From Mustelus asterias (taxonomy: Eukaryota): a stretch of DNA of 64,000 bases. The stretch is taken from the NCBI RefSeq assembly GCF_964213995.1, contig NW_027590932.1:62001-126000 (forward strand), given 5' to 3'. Each line of letters begins with the position of its first letter. Position 1 is the first letter of the stretch. Both the position numbers and the translations under genes were made by a program. The notes beneath the pieces were generated by a model. That model had not been told where the DNA came from. It searched no databases and worked only from the letters and a program-made list of their open reading frames with translations. Shown here in pieces: positions 12,200-23,864 of the stretch.

Positions 12200-12538
12200 C
12201 CTCACGGCGCAGAGATAGGCGGCAGTGTCTGTTAGCTGGGTCTCTCTCACAGTCAGGACACTGAGTTTGTTGTCTCCCCCGACTGTGGCAGTCATCCTCC
12301 CGTGTTGATTGGTTTCTCTTATGACCATCACCAGATGTTGAGGTGGTTGATTTGGGAACTGTCTGTACCAATGCACCATGTTCATCACCCTGGCGCTGGT
12401 ACAATTCATGGTTACGATTCCCTCTTCACTAACTTCCATCCACTGAGGGAGCTGCAGCAACTCATGTTCAACAGTCACCGCGGTGCAGATCAGAGTGAAA
12501 AACAGCAAAAAGAATTTATAAACCCAAAGGACTATCAT
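12200..12538 (-). CDS. TRAV: TCR alpha-type V segment (V5), open frame with contiguous signal-peptide-like N-terminus
   Basis: MIVLWVYKFFLLFFTLICTAVTV-EHELLQ..TMNC..HWYRQFPNQPPQHLV..LTDTAAYLCAVR; Cys23, Trp41 and Cys104 intact; good RSS; no AG acceptor at the usual L/V junction. Confidence 0.85.
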
Positions 12539-12544
12539 ATCACT

Positions 12545-12864
12545 TGATTAAATTTTAATTAATCGTCAGCGATCCTGCTTCAATCTTTGTTGCAACAACC
12601 GACTCATGAGAGATAGAAACTGCACCACTGATACCTGCAAAAATAGAAATAAGAGCTTTAGCGTTGTCATTTTCACTTTACTAGAAACAATGTGATCAGG
12701 GTAATTCAATAATTGCAAATAAAGGAAACAATGTTAAAGGGAAGATCGCTGTGTCAGTATCGTCCGCGAACTGTGCAACTTGGGAACTTACCAGTTGAGA
12801 GACCTGCAGCTGTAAGAATAAGTAAAGAACCAAAGCCACAAAGTTCACAGAGCTGGTGTTGGAT
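12545..12864 (-). pseudogene. Truncated V gene (leader + intron + FR1 only) directly upstream of V5
   Basis: Leader-like exon ending ..FGSLLILTAAGLST G|gtaagt at 12792 (no ATG), acceptor TTTTTGCAG| at 12634, GISGAVSISHESVVATKIEAGSLTIN* with the stop at the Cys23 position. Confidence 0.65.
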
Positions 12865-12939
12865 CTGAACTCAGTGAGTTAAAGTTCAATTGTTTTAGTT
12901 CAGAGTTCAGAAGATTTTGTGTATTATCCGTCCTCACGG

Positions 12940-13060
12940 CGATTGGTTCATTCCTGACAGAGCCAGCAGGAGACACCCAATCAGCTCACAGCTCCATTGT
13001 CCTATATTTAATCCAATCAGCTCGGAGTGACTTTGTTCTCCAATCCATGACGTCAGAGAG
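12940..13060 (-). promoter_or_regulatory. V promoter region: CRE palindrome plus CCAAT boxes
   Basis: TGACGTCA at 13048-13055 and four CCAAT/ATTGG boxes; CRE-like elements are known in TCR V promoters. Confidence 0.55.
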
Positions 13061-13449
13061 AGGAGCAGGAACCATTTAAATCTTTTTTTCAGAACAATGA
13101 ACTGGGCAGAAGATCTTCAGAGAATAGGGAACCGGAGCTGGAATGGACCAAATTTGATCCTTCATTGGTGCCAGCTACCGCCGTTTAGTAAGATCATTGT
13201 TGATTTAGCTCACAACCAGATTCCTGCATAATCTCATATCCCTTATTTCCCTGAATATCCATGCATCTATCAACTGCCCCGAATAAATTAAACGACCGAA
13301 TAACTATCGTTCTCCATGGCGCAGAGAGTGCGTTAAAACGAATGTTGGTGCTCTTAAGGAGTTAATCTTTGAGATAGAACAATGATGGATATTGGTCAAA
13401 ACTTTGATACCAAACCCAGAGTTTTCCATTGAGGGAGTCGTGTGTAAAT

Positions 13450-13768
13450 GGCGCGGCGTCGTGGCATAGTAGTTAGCACTGATACAAAACAGCGCCAGGG
13501 GCAAGGGTTTGATTCCCGGCTTGGGTCACTGTCTGTGTGGAGTTTGCACATATTTTCCATGTCTTCATGGGTTTACTCCGGGTGCTCCCGTTTCCTCCCA
13601 CAGTCCAAAGATGTGCGGGTTAGGTGGATTGGCCATGCTAAATTGCCTCTTATTGTCAGGTGGTGGGGTAAATGCATGCAAATATGGGGATAGGGCCTGG
13701 ATGTGGTTGTAGTTTGTGCAAACTCGATGGGCCGAATGGTCTCTTTCTGCACTGTGAAAACTTCTATG
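13450..13768 (+). mobile_element. HE1-like SINE, full length
   Basis: tRNA-like head, V-core, CR1-type tail CTCGATGGGCCGAATGG..TTCTATG. Confidence 0.88.
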
Positions 13769-13922
13769 AAGAGGAATTTCTCATCAATTAACACACGCTC
13801 AGCACCACAGAAAGAGAGCGTTCGCCACAACTGTTCCTTATAATGTTGCTTTGTTCATATTAAGAGTTCACAATCCAGGTCACAGACCTGATTCAATGAT
13901 AGGAGGTGAGAGTGCCTTTGCT

Positions 13923-13961
13923 GATTTTTGTACGGGCTGACTGTGCCTCTGTAACAGTGTG
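13923..13961 (-). promoter_or_regulatory. 23-RSS of V6
   Basis: CACACTG + 23 nt + ACAAAAATC. Confidence 0.88.
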
Positions 13962-14399
13962 GGGTTCAGCGCACAGTGATACCGACACAGTCAGAGATAG
14001 GGACACCGGTGATTTAAAGGAAATGCTTTCTTGCCTTGGTCTAAATCAGCAGAGAATCTGTCAGGGAAACCTGCAGACTTTTCTCGCTGCCATGTGCTGT
14101 ATTTCTTCAGTAAATATCTCAGAGCTCCCCTGGATATTGAGTGTACCAGAAGAGAGTCCCGCCAGTGTATCTTGTTGTGTAATTGCAATTCAATATTACT
14201 GTATTTCCTTCCTGGACCGTTAATTCGGGCATTTCCTTCCTGGAAAACTGAATCTTGGCCATTAGTTCCTGTAACAACATATATAACGTGTGAGAAATCT
14301 GTGCGTGAATATAACCCATGAAGCACACACTTGAGATTTGAGCTCAGACTCACCGGGCAGCATGACCATTATTATCAGTAAAGCACACAGGGAACACAT
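13962..14399 (-). pseudogene. TCR alpha/delta-type V segment pseudogene (V6)
   Basis: 46-nt leader 14399-14354 (MCSLCALLIIMVMLP G|gtgagt), V exon from 14268 GQDSVFQ / +GGAA frameshift / EGNTVILNCNY..LFWYTQYP / frameshift / ..FPDRFSADLD.. Confidence 0.92.
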
Positions 14400-14862
14400 G
14401 GTTCCTGATTGGACAGTAAACAGCGACACTGTTTAAACTATGTTGTTGTTTCCAGTCTTATGTCACAGAGTCAACTCAGATCAGAGGCAACTGCAATTGT
14501 TGGGCGTTTCTTAGTTTTGTGATTGGCTAACCTCCCTGAGGTGACGTTAGCTTTGGACCAATCACTGTTTGCTGACGACGAAGGGCAGTTGGCTTTCTCC
14601 AATCAAATTGTAGCCCAGGCTGTGTGCGTCTTTCTCACCCTCTTGCTCTCAGTCATTCTGTCTCTTTCTCGGTTTAACTCGCTTTCTTTCGAACTCAATG
14701 TCGGTATATTTCTTGAGGCAAATCTTTTCAATCAAGGTGAAAAATGAAACAGATAATTTGAAATCTGTCTGATGCACAGTTATTTAGTGTCCAGTGTATG
14801 AGGATAATTAATAGATACCGTTCTAAGTACACCGGGATAAAGTAATCACCCAACTCCGCATG

Positions 14863-15570
14863 AAGAACATAAGAACATAAGAAATAGGAGCAGGAGTAGG
14901 CCATCTGGCCCTTCGAGCCTGCCCCGCCATTCAACAAGATCATGGCTGATCTGAAGCGAATCAGTTCCACTTACCCGCCTGCTCCCCATATTCCCTAATT
15001 CCCTTATCGATCAGAAAACTATCTACCCGTGATTTAAACATATTCAACGAGGAAGCCTCCACCACTTCAATGGGCAGAGAATTCCAGAGATTCACTACCC
15101 TCTGAGAGAAGAAGTTCCCCCTCAACTCTGTTCTGAACCGGCCCCCCTTATTTTGAGGCTGTGCCCTCTAGTTCTGGTTTCCCTTCTAAGTGGAAAGAAT
15201 CTCTCCACCTCTACCCTATCCAGCCCCTTCATTATCTTATATGTCTCTATAAGATCACCCCTCATCCTTCTAAACTCCAACGAGTACAGACACAATCTGT
15301 TTAATCTCTCCTCATAAGCTACACCCCTCATCTCCGGTATCAACCTGGTGAACCTTCTCTGCACTCCCTCCAAGGCCAATATATCCTTTCGCAAATAAGG
15401 GGACCAAAACTGCACACAATACTCCAGTTGCGGCCTCACCAGTGCCTTGTACAGTTGCAGCAAGACCTCCCTGCTTATATATTCTATACCCCTCGCGATA
15501 AAGGCCAACATTCCATTCGCCTTCTTGATCACCTGCTGCACCTGCAGACTGAGTTTTTGCGATTCGTTGC
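14863..15570 (-). mobile_element. CR1 LINE 3' fragment
   Basis: LYKALVRPQLEYCVQFWSP..LEFRRMRGDLIETYKI; (TTCTTATG)n tail. Confidence 0.93.
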
Positions 15571-16038
15571 AGACTGAGCTTTTGCGATTCGTTGAGATGC
15601 GGTTCCACTGGGGAAGCATTGATTTCAGTCAGTCATTATTTTGAACCCAGCAACTTCAACATGTGACAACTCTAAGTCTGCCTTTGGATATTTGATCGCT
15701 TTTGAAAGGTGTGGTCTGCCTGACAGTTAACTGATCTGGAACATTTAAAGTATAGATTGACGACGTTGTTCACCTGGAAGATCGGCAGACTTGTGTGAAT
15801 GGGATCGGGCAACGATTGGAATTGATCTGGTATAATATGAGTAAATATATGTCAAATTTCCCAACAGTGACAATCATTTACCTCAGTGAGCGAAAACACT
15901 CAGATGGGGCTGTATTGTCAGGTTCTGTGGGCACATTTTCTCTGATTTTTAATCCCATGTGTTCTCCTGACAATGAACCATTGATTTTCGACCTGCACCA
16001 GTTTTTGCATGAGGCCGGCGGGAACCTCATTCACTCCA

Positions 16039-16520
16039 GGTCTCAGTGCACAGTAATACACGGTGCTGTCTGTCGTCTTCAAATCGTCAATTGACAAGTG
16101 AAGAGTGTTTTGTTTCAGATTGAGATTCCCGCTGAAATGTTCAAATCGAGGAGCCGTCTCGATAAATGCATAACTAGCAGCTCTGAGCAGATACTGAGGA
16201 GCTCGGAGTGTATACCGGCGATACCAGAACAGGTAATGTTGTGCAGCTGAACTCGATACCGAGTAACTGCAGGGTATTGCTGAATCTTCACCCTCTTCTG
16301 CTTCAACTCCTGGTTCTGACTGGGACACTGAGTCACCGTTACTCATCTCTGAAAATCGGCAACAGAAACGCAGTGGGTTAGAAGGAGTAACAACAACGGA
16401 ATAAACGCCTCGAGGTGGAAATGGGGAATGAATATGGTGATTGAGGATTTCACGCAGAAGTTCAAAATGACAGACCTGCAATCAGGACAACAATCGGAGT
16501 CAGACAGAGTTTCACCCCAT
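16039..16520 (-). pseudogene. TCR alpha/delta-type V segment (V7): open V exon, broken leader and heptamer
   Basis: V exon from 16348 GDSVSQ..IPCSYS..LFWYRR..DSTVYYCALR is intact; leader 16520-16476 is 45 nt (1-nt deletion gives ATG GGG TGA); RSS is TGGAGTG+23+GCAAAAACT (16000-16038). Confidence 0.9.
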
Positions 16521-16789
16521 GCTTCGAGTCTGAACACCAGAAAAAGAGAGAGTGACCGCTGTCTGCATCAGACCTGCAATTGGAGGAGTTAAAACAGTCA
16601 AGGGGATGTGAGGAGGTCGAAGGTGACTCCCTCTCTCCGTCCATTTTTGCATCTTCAAACAGACGCTTCCTTAAGAGGATCGTGATCTTTTATAAGTGAT
16701 CAGAGAGCGCCCTCCCGTGGACAGCACAGCCGCATATCGGAAGCAGGTTCACACAAGGCCAACTGCAAAGACACATATAGAGATCAGAG

Positions 16790-17010
16790 AATCATAGAAT
16801 CATAGAACCGCTACAGAAGGAAGCCATTCGGCCCAGCGAGTCTGTACCGGCTACAATTCCACCGAGGCCCTATTCCCGTAACCGCACAAATTTACCCTGC
16901 TAATCTCCGACGCTCGGGGTCAATTTAGCATGGCCAATCCACCTAATCCGCACATCTTTGGACAGTCGGAGGAAAGCACAGCACCCGAGGAAACACAGCA
17001 GACATGGGCA
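16790..17010 (-). mobile_element. HE1-like SINE, 5'-truncated
   Basis: CATAGAATCATAGAA tail and TTAGCATGGCCAATCCACCTAA core. Confidence 0.8.
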
Positions 17011-17662
17011 GAACAAATACACACACGGCCACGTGCAAAGACAAACACGAATAAAGATATATAACCATATAGATATATGCCCAGTGACATCAATTCTAAC
17101 GTCCCTCATTATAAATCCAGAATTATTCTGCAGATTTCTGACACCTATTAGTTTGCGTTGCTAACCATGGAATTCATAAATAACTCCTCCTCTGTGTTCA
17201 CTGGAAGCCTCGTATACTACACAGAATCAACACCAGCATAAACACATAGGCAAGTAAATGCAGTGATAGATTCCCAAACCAATCGACTCAAACATAGGCG
17301 CACAGAGAATCACGAAGGAAGGTAAAGAATCATTAGCACAGCCATTGACACACAAAAGAGGAATGAACCCATTGACAACCTCAAAAGCCCACTGGCTCCA
17401 GAGTAAACTTCCTGAGCTGGAATTCCCTGGTGTCGTGTCAGTGAGGCAATATCGTTTCAGATATTCTTTGCGATGGAACACGACATTTTAACACCAGGAG
17501 CAGCCGGAAATCTATTTCTCATCAATGGTGATTATTGATTGACGACTCGATAGATTTTTCTCTCTGCTGTTGAAACTGGCACCAGTATCACTCATGTTTT
17601 TGATCAGGAAGTAATTCCATCTCCACCTAAACCATGTGCTACAAGAAGGCAATAAATCTTCA

Positions 17663-17728
17663 TCCCCTGAGCCGGAATCGAACCGCTGCGATAAAAGCAC
17701 CGAATCCTAACCACTACAACATCAGGGA
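17663..17728 (-). pseudogene. tRNA-Glu pseudogene (first copy of the tRNA cluster)
   Basis: TCCCTGATGTTGTAGTGGTTAGGATTCGGTGC..GGTTCGATTCCGGCTCAGGGGA, internal deletion. Confidence 0.8.
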
Positions 17729-17880
17729 GATTGCCTGCAAGGATTTTAATCTAACCTACCCATGATAACTTGGCGCTTTGTTTCTATTTCAGCATTTCTT
17801 TTGTATATCAGGGACAAGTCTGTCTGACAAGTGCCTCTTCAAATATACAAATTTACTGCTGGAATGCTGGAATCTGAACA

Positions 17881-18207
17881 AGAACCATAGAAACCCTACA
17901 GTGCAGAAGGAGGCCATTCGGCCCATCGAGTCTGCACCGACCACAATCCCAACCAGGCCCTACCCCCACATATTTACCCGCTAATCCCTCTAACCTACGC
18001 ATTTTAGGATTCTAAGGGGCAATTTTTAACCTGGCCAATCAACCTAACCCGCACATCTTTGGGAGGAAACCGGAGCACCCGGAGGAAACCCACGCAGACA
18101 CGAGAAGAACGTGCAAACTCCACACAGACAGTGACCCGAGCCGGGAATCGAAACCGGCACCCTGGAGCTGTGAAGCAGCAGTGCTAACCACTGCGCTACC
18201 GTGCCGC
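17881..18207 (-). mobile_element. HE1-like SINE inserted in a Penelope-type repeat
   Basis: Full SINE; host repeat GCTGGAATCTGAACA..AGAACAGAAAACGCTGG resumes on both sides. Confidence 0.9.
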
Positions 18208-18772
18208 AGAACAGAAAACGCTGGAAAATCTCAACAGGTCTGAAAGCACCTGTGAAGAGAGAATAGAGCGAATGCTCAAAGTCTGGATGACCCTTCGTCA
18301 GAGCTGAAGACAAATAAGTTTGTACGAGGTTTATCCTGAAATGGCGAGGGATATGGTTGTGGTATGGGTGACAGTGGTGTCACATATAAAAAACAAACAA
18401 ACAAAGGGAATGTAATTGGTTGTGATCATGGCTAAGAAGGCATTAAGAGATCAGAATGTGTAAATGGCAGGAAAAAGGAAATGTAAGAGATGGCCCGAGT
18501 GGGGTGGAGGGAGAGGGGGCAACAAGATGGAAAGTGAGATTTTAAATAAAAAATGCAAAACATGGAAATTAAACAGTAAGTATACATATAAAAGAAGATA
18601 GAAAATAATAAAAATAATTAAATAAGATAAAATGAAATAAAACAAAATAAATGGAAATGGGGTGAAGATGGAGGAGAGGAGGTGCTCACAAGTTGTTGAA
18701 CTCAATGTTAAGTCTGGTTTGCACTAAGCGCCGAATCGGGAGATAGGGCAATGTTCCTCCAGTTTGCATTGG
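18208..18772 (-). mobile_element. Penelope-like element 3' remnant
   Basis: 18690-18770 minus reads roughly CKLEEHCPISRFG..LNIEFNN (GIY-YIG C-terminal motif, recalled); degenerate hammerhead core CTGACGAAGGGTC at 18285-18301. Confidence 0.6.
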
Positions 18773-18774
18773 AA

Positions 18775-19040
18775 TGCCTCCTTATACCATCGTTTATTGC
18801 TACTTCCATCACATTACTGATGATCAAGAATAGACTGGTGGTAATTGGAGGTGTTGGATTTGACCTGATTTTTGTTAGCGGGACAATCTTGGACAAATGG
18901 TCGCATTGGCGGTTGATGCCAGTGTTGTAGTTTAGGAACAGCTTAGCTCAGGCTATGGCAAATTCTGAAGATCAATTCTTCAGCACCATTACCAGAATAT
19001 TTTTCAGGGGCAGAGCATTTTCTCTTTCCAATGTCTTCAA
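18775..19040 (-). mobile_element. Decayed non-LTR RT fragment
   Basis: PPITTSLFLIISNVMEVAIN resembles the YRPISLLSIISKVME RT motif. Confidence 0.5.
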
Positions 19041-19332
19041 GTTTTTGTTTCTTGAAATCACATGGAACAGTGAAGTGTATCTGTTCCGTTCAGCGTCTAC
19101 CCCCACTCTGGCTCTTTCTTTTTTTCTCTCTGTAGATCTGCCTCAGTCCCTCCCTCTCTCAGTCCGACTATCCATTCCCCTCTTTTGATTTTGTTCCTTC
19201 TATTCTCTCTCTGTCTGGGTGGGACCAAATTTAATTGAATTGATTCCTGAAATGAGGCAGTTGTTGACCTGGGGTTTGATTGAAAATGGGGGAGGAGACT
19301 CAATGGGACATGGGATCTAATCCAACTCCATT

Positions 19333-20515
19333 GTGCCTCTCTCTGTGTGCGTGTGTCTGTGTGTGTGTGTCTCCCTCTCTCTCTCTCTCTCTGTGCGTGT
19401 GTGTCTCCTTCTCTGTGCGTGTGTGTCTCTCTCTCTCTGTGCGTCTGTGTCTCTCTCTCTGTGCGTGTGTGTGTGTCTCTCTCTGAGCGTGTGCGTCTCT
19501 CTCTCTCTCTGTGCGTCTGTGTNNNNNNNNNNNNNNNNNNNNNNNNNNNNNNNNNNNNNNNNNNNNNNNNNNNNNNNNNNNNNNNNNNNNNNNNNNNNNN
19601 NNNNNNNNNNNNNNNNNNNNNNNNNNNNNNNNNNNNNNNNNNNNNNNNNNNNNNNCGTCTGTGTCACTCTCTCTGTGCGTGTGTGTGTCTCTCTGTGCGC
19701 GTGTGTGTGTGTCTCTCTCTGTGCGTGTGTGTCTGTGTGTGTGTCTCTCTCTCTGTCTCTCTGTTCGTGGGTGTCTCTCTCTCTCTCTCTGCGTGTGTGT
19801 CGCTCTGTGTGTGTGTCTCCCTCTCTCTCTGCTGTGTGTGTCTCTCTCTGTGCGTGTGTGTCTGTGTGTGTGTCTCTCTCTCTGTCTCTCTGTTCGTGGG
19901 TGTCTCTCTCTCTCTCTGCGTGTGTGTCGCTCTGTGTGTGTGTCTCCCTCTCTCTCTGCTGTGTGTGTCTCTCTCTCTGTGCGTGTGTCTCTCTCTCTCT
20001 CTGTGCGTGTGTGTCTCTCTCTCTCTGTGCGTGTGTGTCGCTCTCTCTCTCTCTGTGCGTGTGTGTCACTCTCTCTGTGCGTGTGTGTCACTCTCTCTGT
20101 GCGTGTGTGTCTGAGTGTGTGTCTCTCTCTCTCTCTCTCTGTTCGTGGGTGTCTCTCTCTCTGTGCGTGTGTGTCGCNNNNNNNNNNNNNNNNNNNNNNN
20201 NNNNNNNNNNNNNNNNNNNNNNNNNNNNNNNNNNNNNNNNNNNNNNNNNNNNNNNNNNNNNNNNNNNNNNNNNNNNNNNNNNNNNNNNNNNNNNNNNNNN
20301 NNNNNNNNNNNNNNCTTTGNNNNNNNNNNNNNNNNNNNNNNNNNNNNNNNNNNNNNNNNNNNNNNNNNNNNNNNNNNNNNNNNNNNNNNNNNNNNNNNNN
20401 NNNNNNNNNNNNNNNNNNNNNNNNNNNNNNNNNNNNNNNNNNNNNNNNNNNNNNNNNNNNNNNNNNNNNNNNNNNNNNNNNNTTCTCTCTGTGCGTATGC
20501 GTCTCTCTCTCNNNN
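19333..20515. repeat. Compound (CT)n/(GT)n microsatellite with assembly gaps
   Basis: Directly visible; N runs between 19523 and 20644. Confidence 0.97.
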
Positions 20516-20893
20516 NNNNNNNNNNNNNNNNNNNNNNNNNNNNNNNNNNNNNNNNNNNNNNNNNNNNNNNNNNNNNNNNNNNNNNNNNNNNNNNNNNNNN
20601 NNNNNNNNNNNNNNNNNNNNNNNNNNNNNNNNNNNNNNNNNNNNTACCCGCTCTCACAGCAATGACTTCTGCTGGTGTCGTTGATGGGAAGTCGAAGACA
20701 CTAAATTTAGGATAACCATATTTATGAAGGAGAGGGATCAAATTCTCCCACTGTCCGATTTTCACTTAAATGAGTATAAACGTTATGAACAGCTTTGGTC
20801 AATCACGTGATTACTAAAATTGAATGCAGTAGAATGTATCATCATTCATTTTGATTCGAGGAACCAGCAGCGAGAATGTAAAGTGAGCAACTG

Positions 20894-21048
20894 GATAAAA
20901 GCAAATTACAGCGGATGCTGGAATCTGAAACTAAATGTGTCACACAAAACTTTGACAAAGGGTCATCTGGACCCGAAACGTCAGCCCTTTTCTCTCCGAC
21001 GGATGCTGCCAGACCCAATGTGATTTTCCAGCATTTTCTCTTTTGTTC
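20894..21048. mobile_element. Short Penelope-derived palindromic insertion with 14-bp TSD
   Basis: AAAGTGAGCAACTG (20880-20893) / AAAGTGAGTAACTG (21049-21062); core TTGACAAAGGGTCATCTGGACCCGAAACGTC. Confidence 0.7.
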
Positions 21049-21132
21049 AAAGTGAGTAACTGACGGGCTTGTCGGGCGAGATTAGTTGCTCTACCAGTAA
21101 ATCGCAACTGCTTCAAATACGCACATCGGTAT

Positions 21133-21205
21133 GTTTCTGTAGTGAAGTGGTTATTACGCTCGCCTTGCACGCGGGAAGTCCACGTTTCGAAACAAGATCG
21201 AAACA
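21133..21205 (+). pseudogene. tRNA-Val pseudogene
   Basis: GTTTCTGTAGTGAAGTGGTTATTACGCTCGCC..TTCGAAAC..GAAACA. Confidence 0.75.
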
Positions 21206-22363
21206 TTTCCAAATGGCTTTATTTCAAAATGATTCAGATTTCAGAATTATTCATGTTTATCGTGAAACATTAATTGAGCTATTGTAGTTGTTTGCGGCAT
21301 TTAAGGCGGGAATAACTCCGTAAAGAATGTAGGAATATAGAAAGTCTGTGATTGTGACTCAGGTAGGATGTATTCACTGACAAAAGGAATAAGGCCAAGG
21401 GCAATATGGGTTGGTTCCCGTTGTTTGAAAACTTTGCTGCTTTTCTGGGCGAACTCCAGCTCTCCATTCCTCCATTTCACCGCTCAAACTGAGACTTTCT
21501 CCATTCCGCTTTGTTAATCTCACAGTTACGGATTTCTGAATGAAAACTGCTTGCAATCAGTCGAAGTCAAAGAGTTTAGTATTCCATTCATGGAGACGTT
21601 TTCTTGTCATTTAGCCCGAGAATGTTATCCAGAAATGAGTGATATTTCTGTCAATGCAAATGGTTAAATCTGACCCATTACCACCCAGATTTTACCTTGT
21701 ATCTCTATCGGCAACGTTTTGCATCATGTCACTGTCTTTCACTATCTGTATTTGTTCTTGACCTGTTGCACATGTGACATTTCCAAAACGAAGCAAAAGT
21801 GCAAATCTCACACCACCGATTCTGGCAGTGCTGCTTTGGACCAGGACGTATTGCTGGTTTGTTTATAAAAAAAATCATTAAATCTTAATATATCGAAGGC
21901 AGCCTGCGACCCTGAAAGTGCCGAATCATAACCACGAGATCACCAAGATCCCATCTGCCTGATTCTCCCAGAGTCTGATTACAGGAATGTGCACAGTGCC
22001 AATTGTCCACAGTCATAGACTCCTTACTGTCTCTTAAGATTTGAAATTGTTTATATTTTCACATTAGCTTCCAGTGTGATGAAAGCAGAGCTGTGATAAG
22101 CTGATGTTGTTCAGTACATTTACCGCAGTAAGGTTCATATCAGTTCGATGATAACATTGCTCTTTGAATGTGGTGAGCTACACTGAAATTTAATGTAGTT
22201 GAAGATAGCCTTAGGACTTTTTTCAGGAGGAACAGCAAGGACACTGTAAATATGAATTGCTGTGGGTAATTGACGGGATTGTGCAATGAGACTGATATTT
22301 CTCCCTGCTGTTCAAATTGGCGCAAGTATTGAGCGAGGATTTTCAAGCGGTTGCCATGTGTTG

Positions 22364-22435
22364 GGTTCCGTGGTGTAATGGTGAGCACTCTGGATTCTGA
22401 ATCCAGCGATCCGAGTTCAAATCTCGGCGGAACCT
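22364..22435 (+). tRNA. tRNA-Gln-CTG: tRNA-Gln(CTG)
   Basis: Full cloverleaf; acceptor GGTTCCG/CGGAACC, anticodon arm CTGGA-TTCTGAA-TCCAG, A and B boxes intact. Confidence 0.9.
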
Positions 22436-23792
22436 TGCTTTAGTTTGCAAATGCAGATAATTGATTTGCAGAAGGGCGTTTCTTTTAAATTTCTCACAAA
22501 GTACTAATCGGAAGGACAATTTGTCAGCCAGTTTAACTGCTATTACAATGCACATTGCTGAGCCTCTGGTGCCAGGTGCCTGCAACATCAGTGTTTTTCA
22601 TCTTTTCGCCGCTCTTTAACTCCTCTGTTGAAAAAAATGAAGTAGCTGGTGTCACACAATAACAATTCCTGTAATGTATGCTTCCCATCATTCTGACCAG
22701 ATATTTACAGAATTAACCTGGCTCATGTGATAACCACCGCACTATAGAAACACGGAGATGGCCTGAGGGCAAGCAGATCCGGTTTGCTGGAGAACAACTA
22801 GAGTGGCTCCAGAAGCCCATCTTTTGCCCACAGCAATTGATATTACATTGCCTCTGCTGGTTCCTCCTGTCAAAATGAATAATGATACTTCCCACTGTAT
22901 TAAAGTTTCGTAATAACATGTTCGAGAAAAAGTATTCATGACGTTTAAAGCAGATCAACTGAACAACTGAAATTTGTGGCATTTGATCACTTTCCCCCAC
23001 AAATGCTATTGCCTCGGATTCAATGCCTCAGAACACTCACCAACGGTTCTGGCGGAAGTGATCGCTGTCAGATATGGTGCTGCAGGGAATGGAATTAATG
23101 GAGTAGGATAGGCTCACATGTCCCACGGAGTCTCCTCCACAATTTAAGGAGATTATGACGAATCCCAGGACTCAACATCAATTTCCAACCCTATCATGAT
23201 GGCCCTTCATTCCCTTAGGTTCCAGAAATATCTCTATCTGAAACTTCAATATCCTAATTTACTGAGGACCCAGAGACCTCTGGCGAGGCGTCATCCGCAC
23301 TCGAAACTTTGGCTCTTTTCTCTCTCCATAGATACTGCCAGACTTACTGAGATGTTCCAGCATTTTCTGTTTTTGTTCCAGATTCCAGCATTCGCAGTAT
23401 TTTGCTTTTCCCGCCGCGATTTACATTCCGTTTGTTTCTTTTTCTATCACAACTTCGTCAACTCTGACCCACGGCTCCCACCCTCACACCCCGCATCTCC
23501 CACACTTAAAGTATCAATCTCGCCATCTTTTCCTGTCTTCAGCTTTGATGACTGACCATACAGATTTGAAATGTTGGCTCTATTCTCTCTCCAGAGATGC
23601 CGTCAAGCCTGTTGAGGTTTTCCAGCATTTTAAGTTTTTCTTTCAAGTTCCAGCATCTGCAGTAATTTGCTGCTGGCTGAAGGAGTCATTCGTGTTCGAT
23701 CGAAACATGAGGTTTTTTTCCCCCCAAACGTTTTTCGAGTATTTGAAAAACGCTGAAATGTATCGGTCAGATTAAAATGCTTGCCCGCATCT

Positions 23793-23864
23793 TCCTTGGT
23801 GGTCTAGTGGTTAGGATTTGGCGCTTTCACCGCCGCGGCCTGGGTTCGATTCCCGGTCAGGGAA
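23793..23864 (+). tRNA. tRNA-Glu-TTC: tRNA-Glu(TTC), near-intact
   Basis: TCCTTGGTGGTCTAGTGGTTAGGATTTGGCGCTTTCACCGCC..GGTTCGATTCCCGGTCAGGGAA; TTTT 7 nt downstream. Confidence 0.85.

Noticed and set aside
981-16520. Complete NAR-TCR cassette or IgH-like (TAIL) V segments
   Set aside because: No D or J (no FGxG exon with RSS), no WVRQ/YYCAR-type VH, and V5 lacks an extra CDR1 cysteine
19280-20765. Long ORFs (250-460 aa) rich in CVSL or THRE
   Set aside because: Translations of a CT/GT microsatellite running through N gaps
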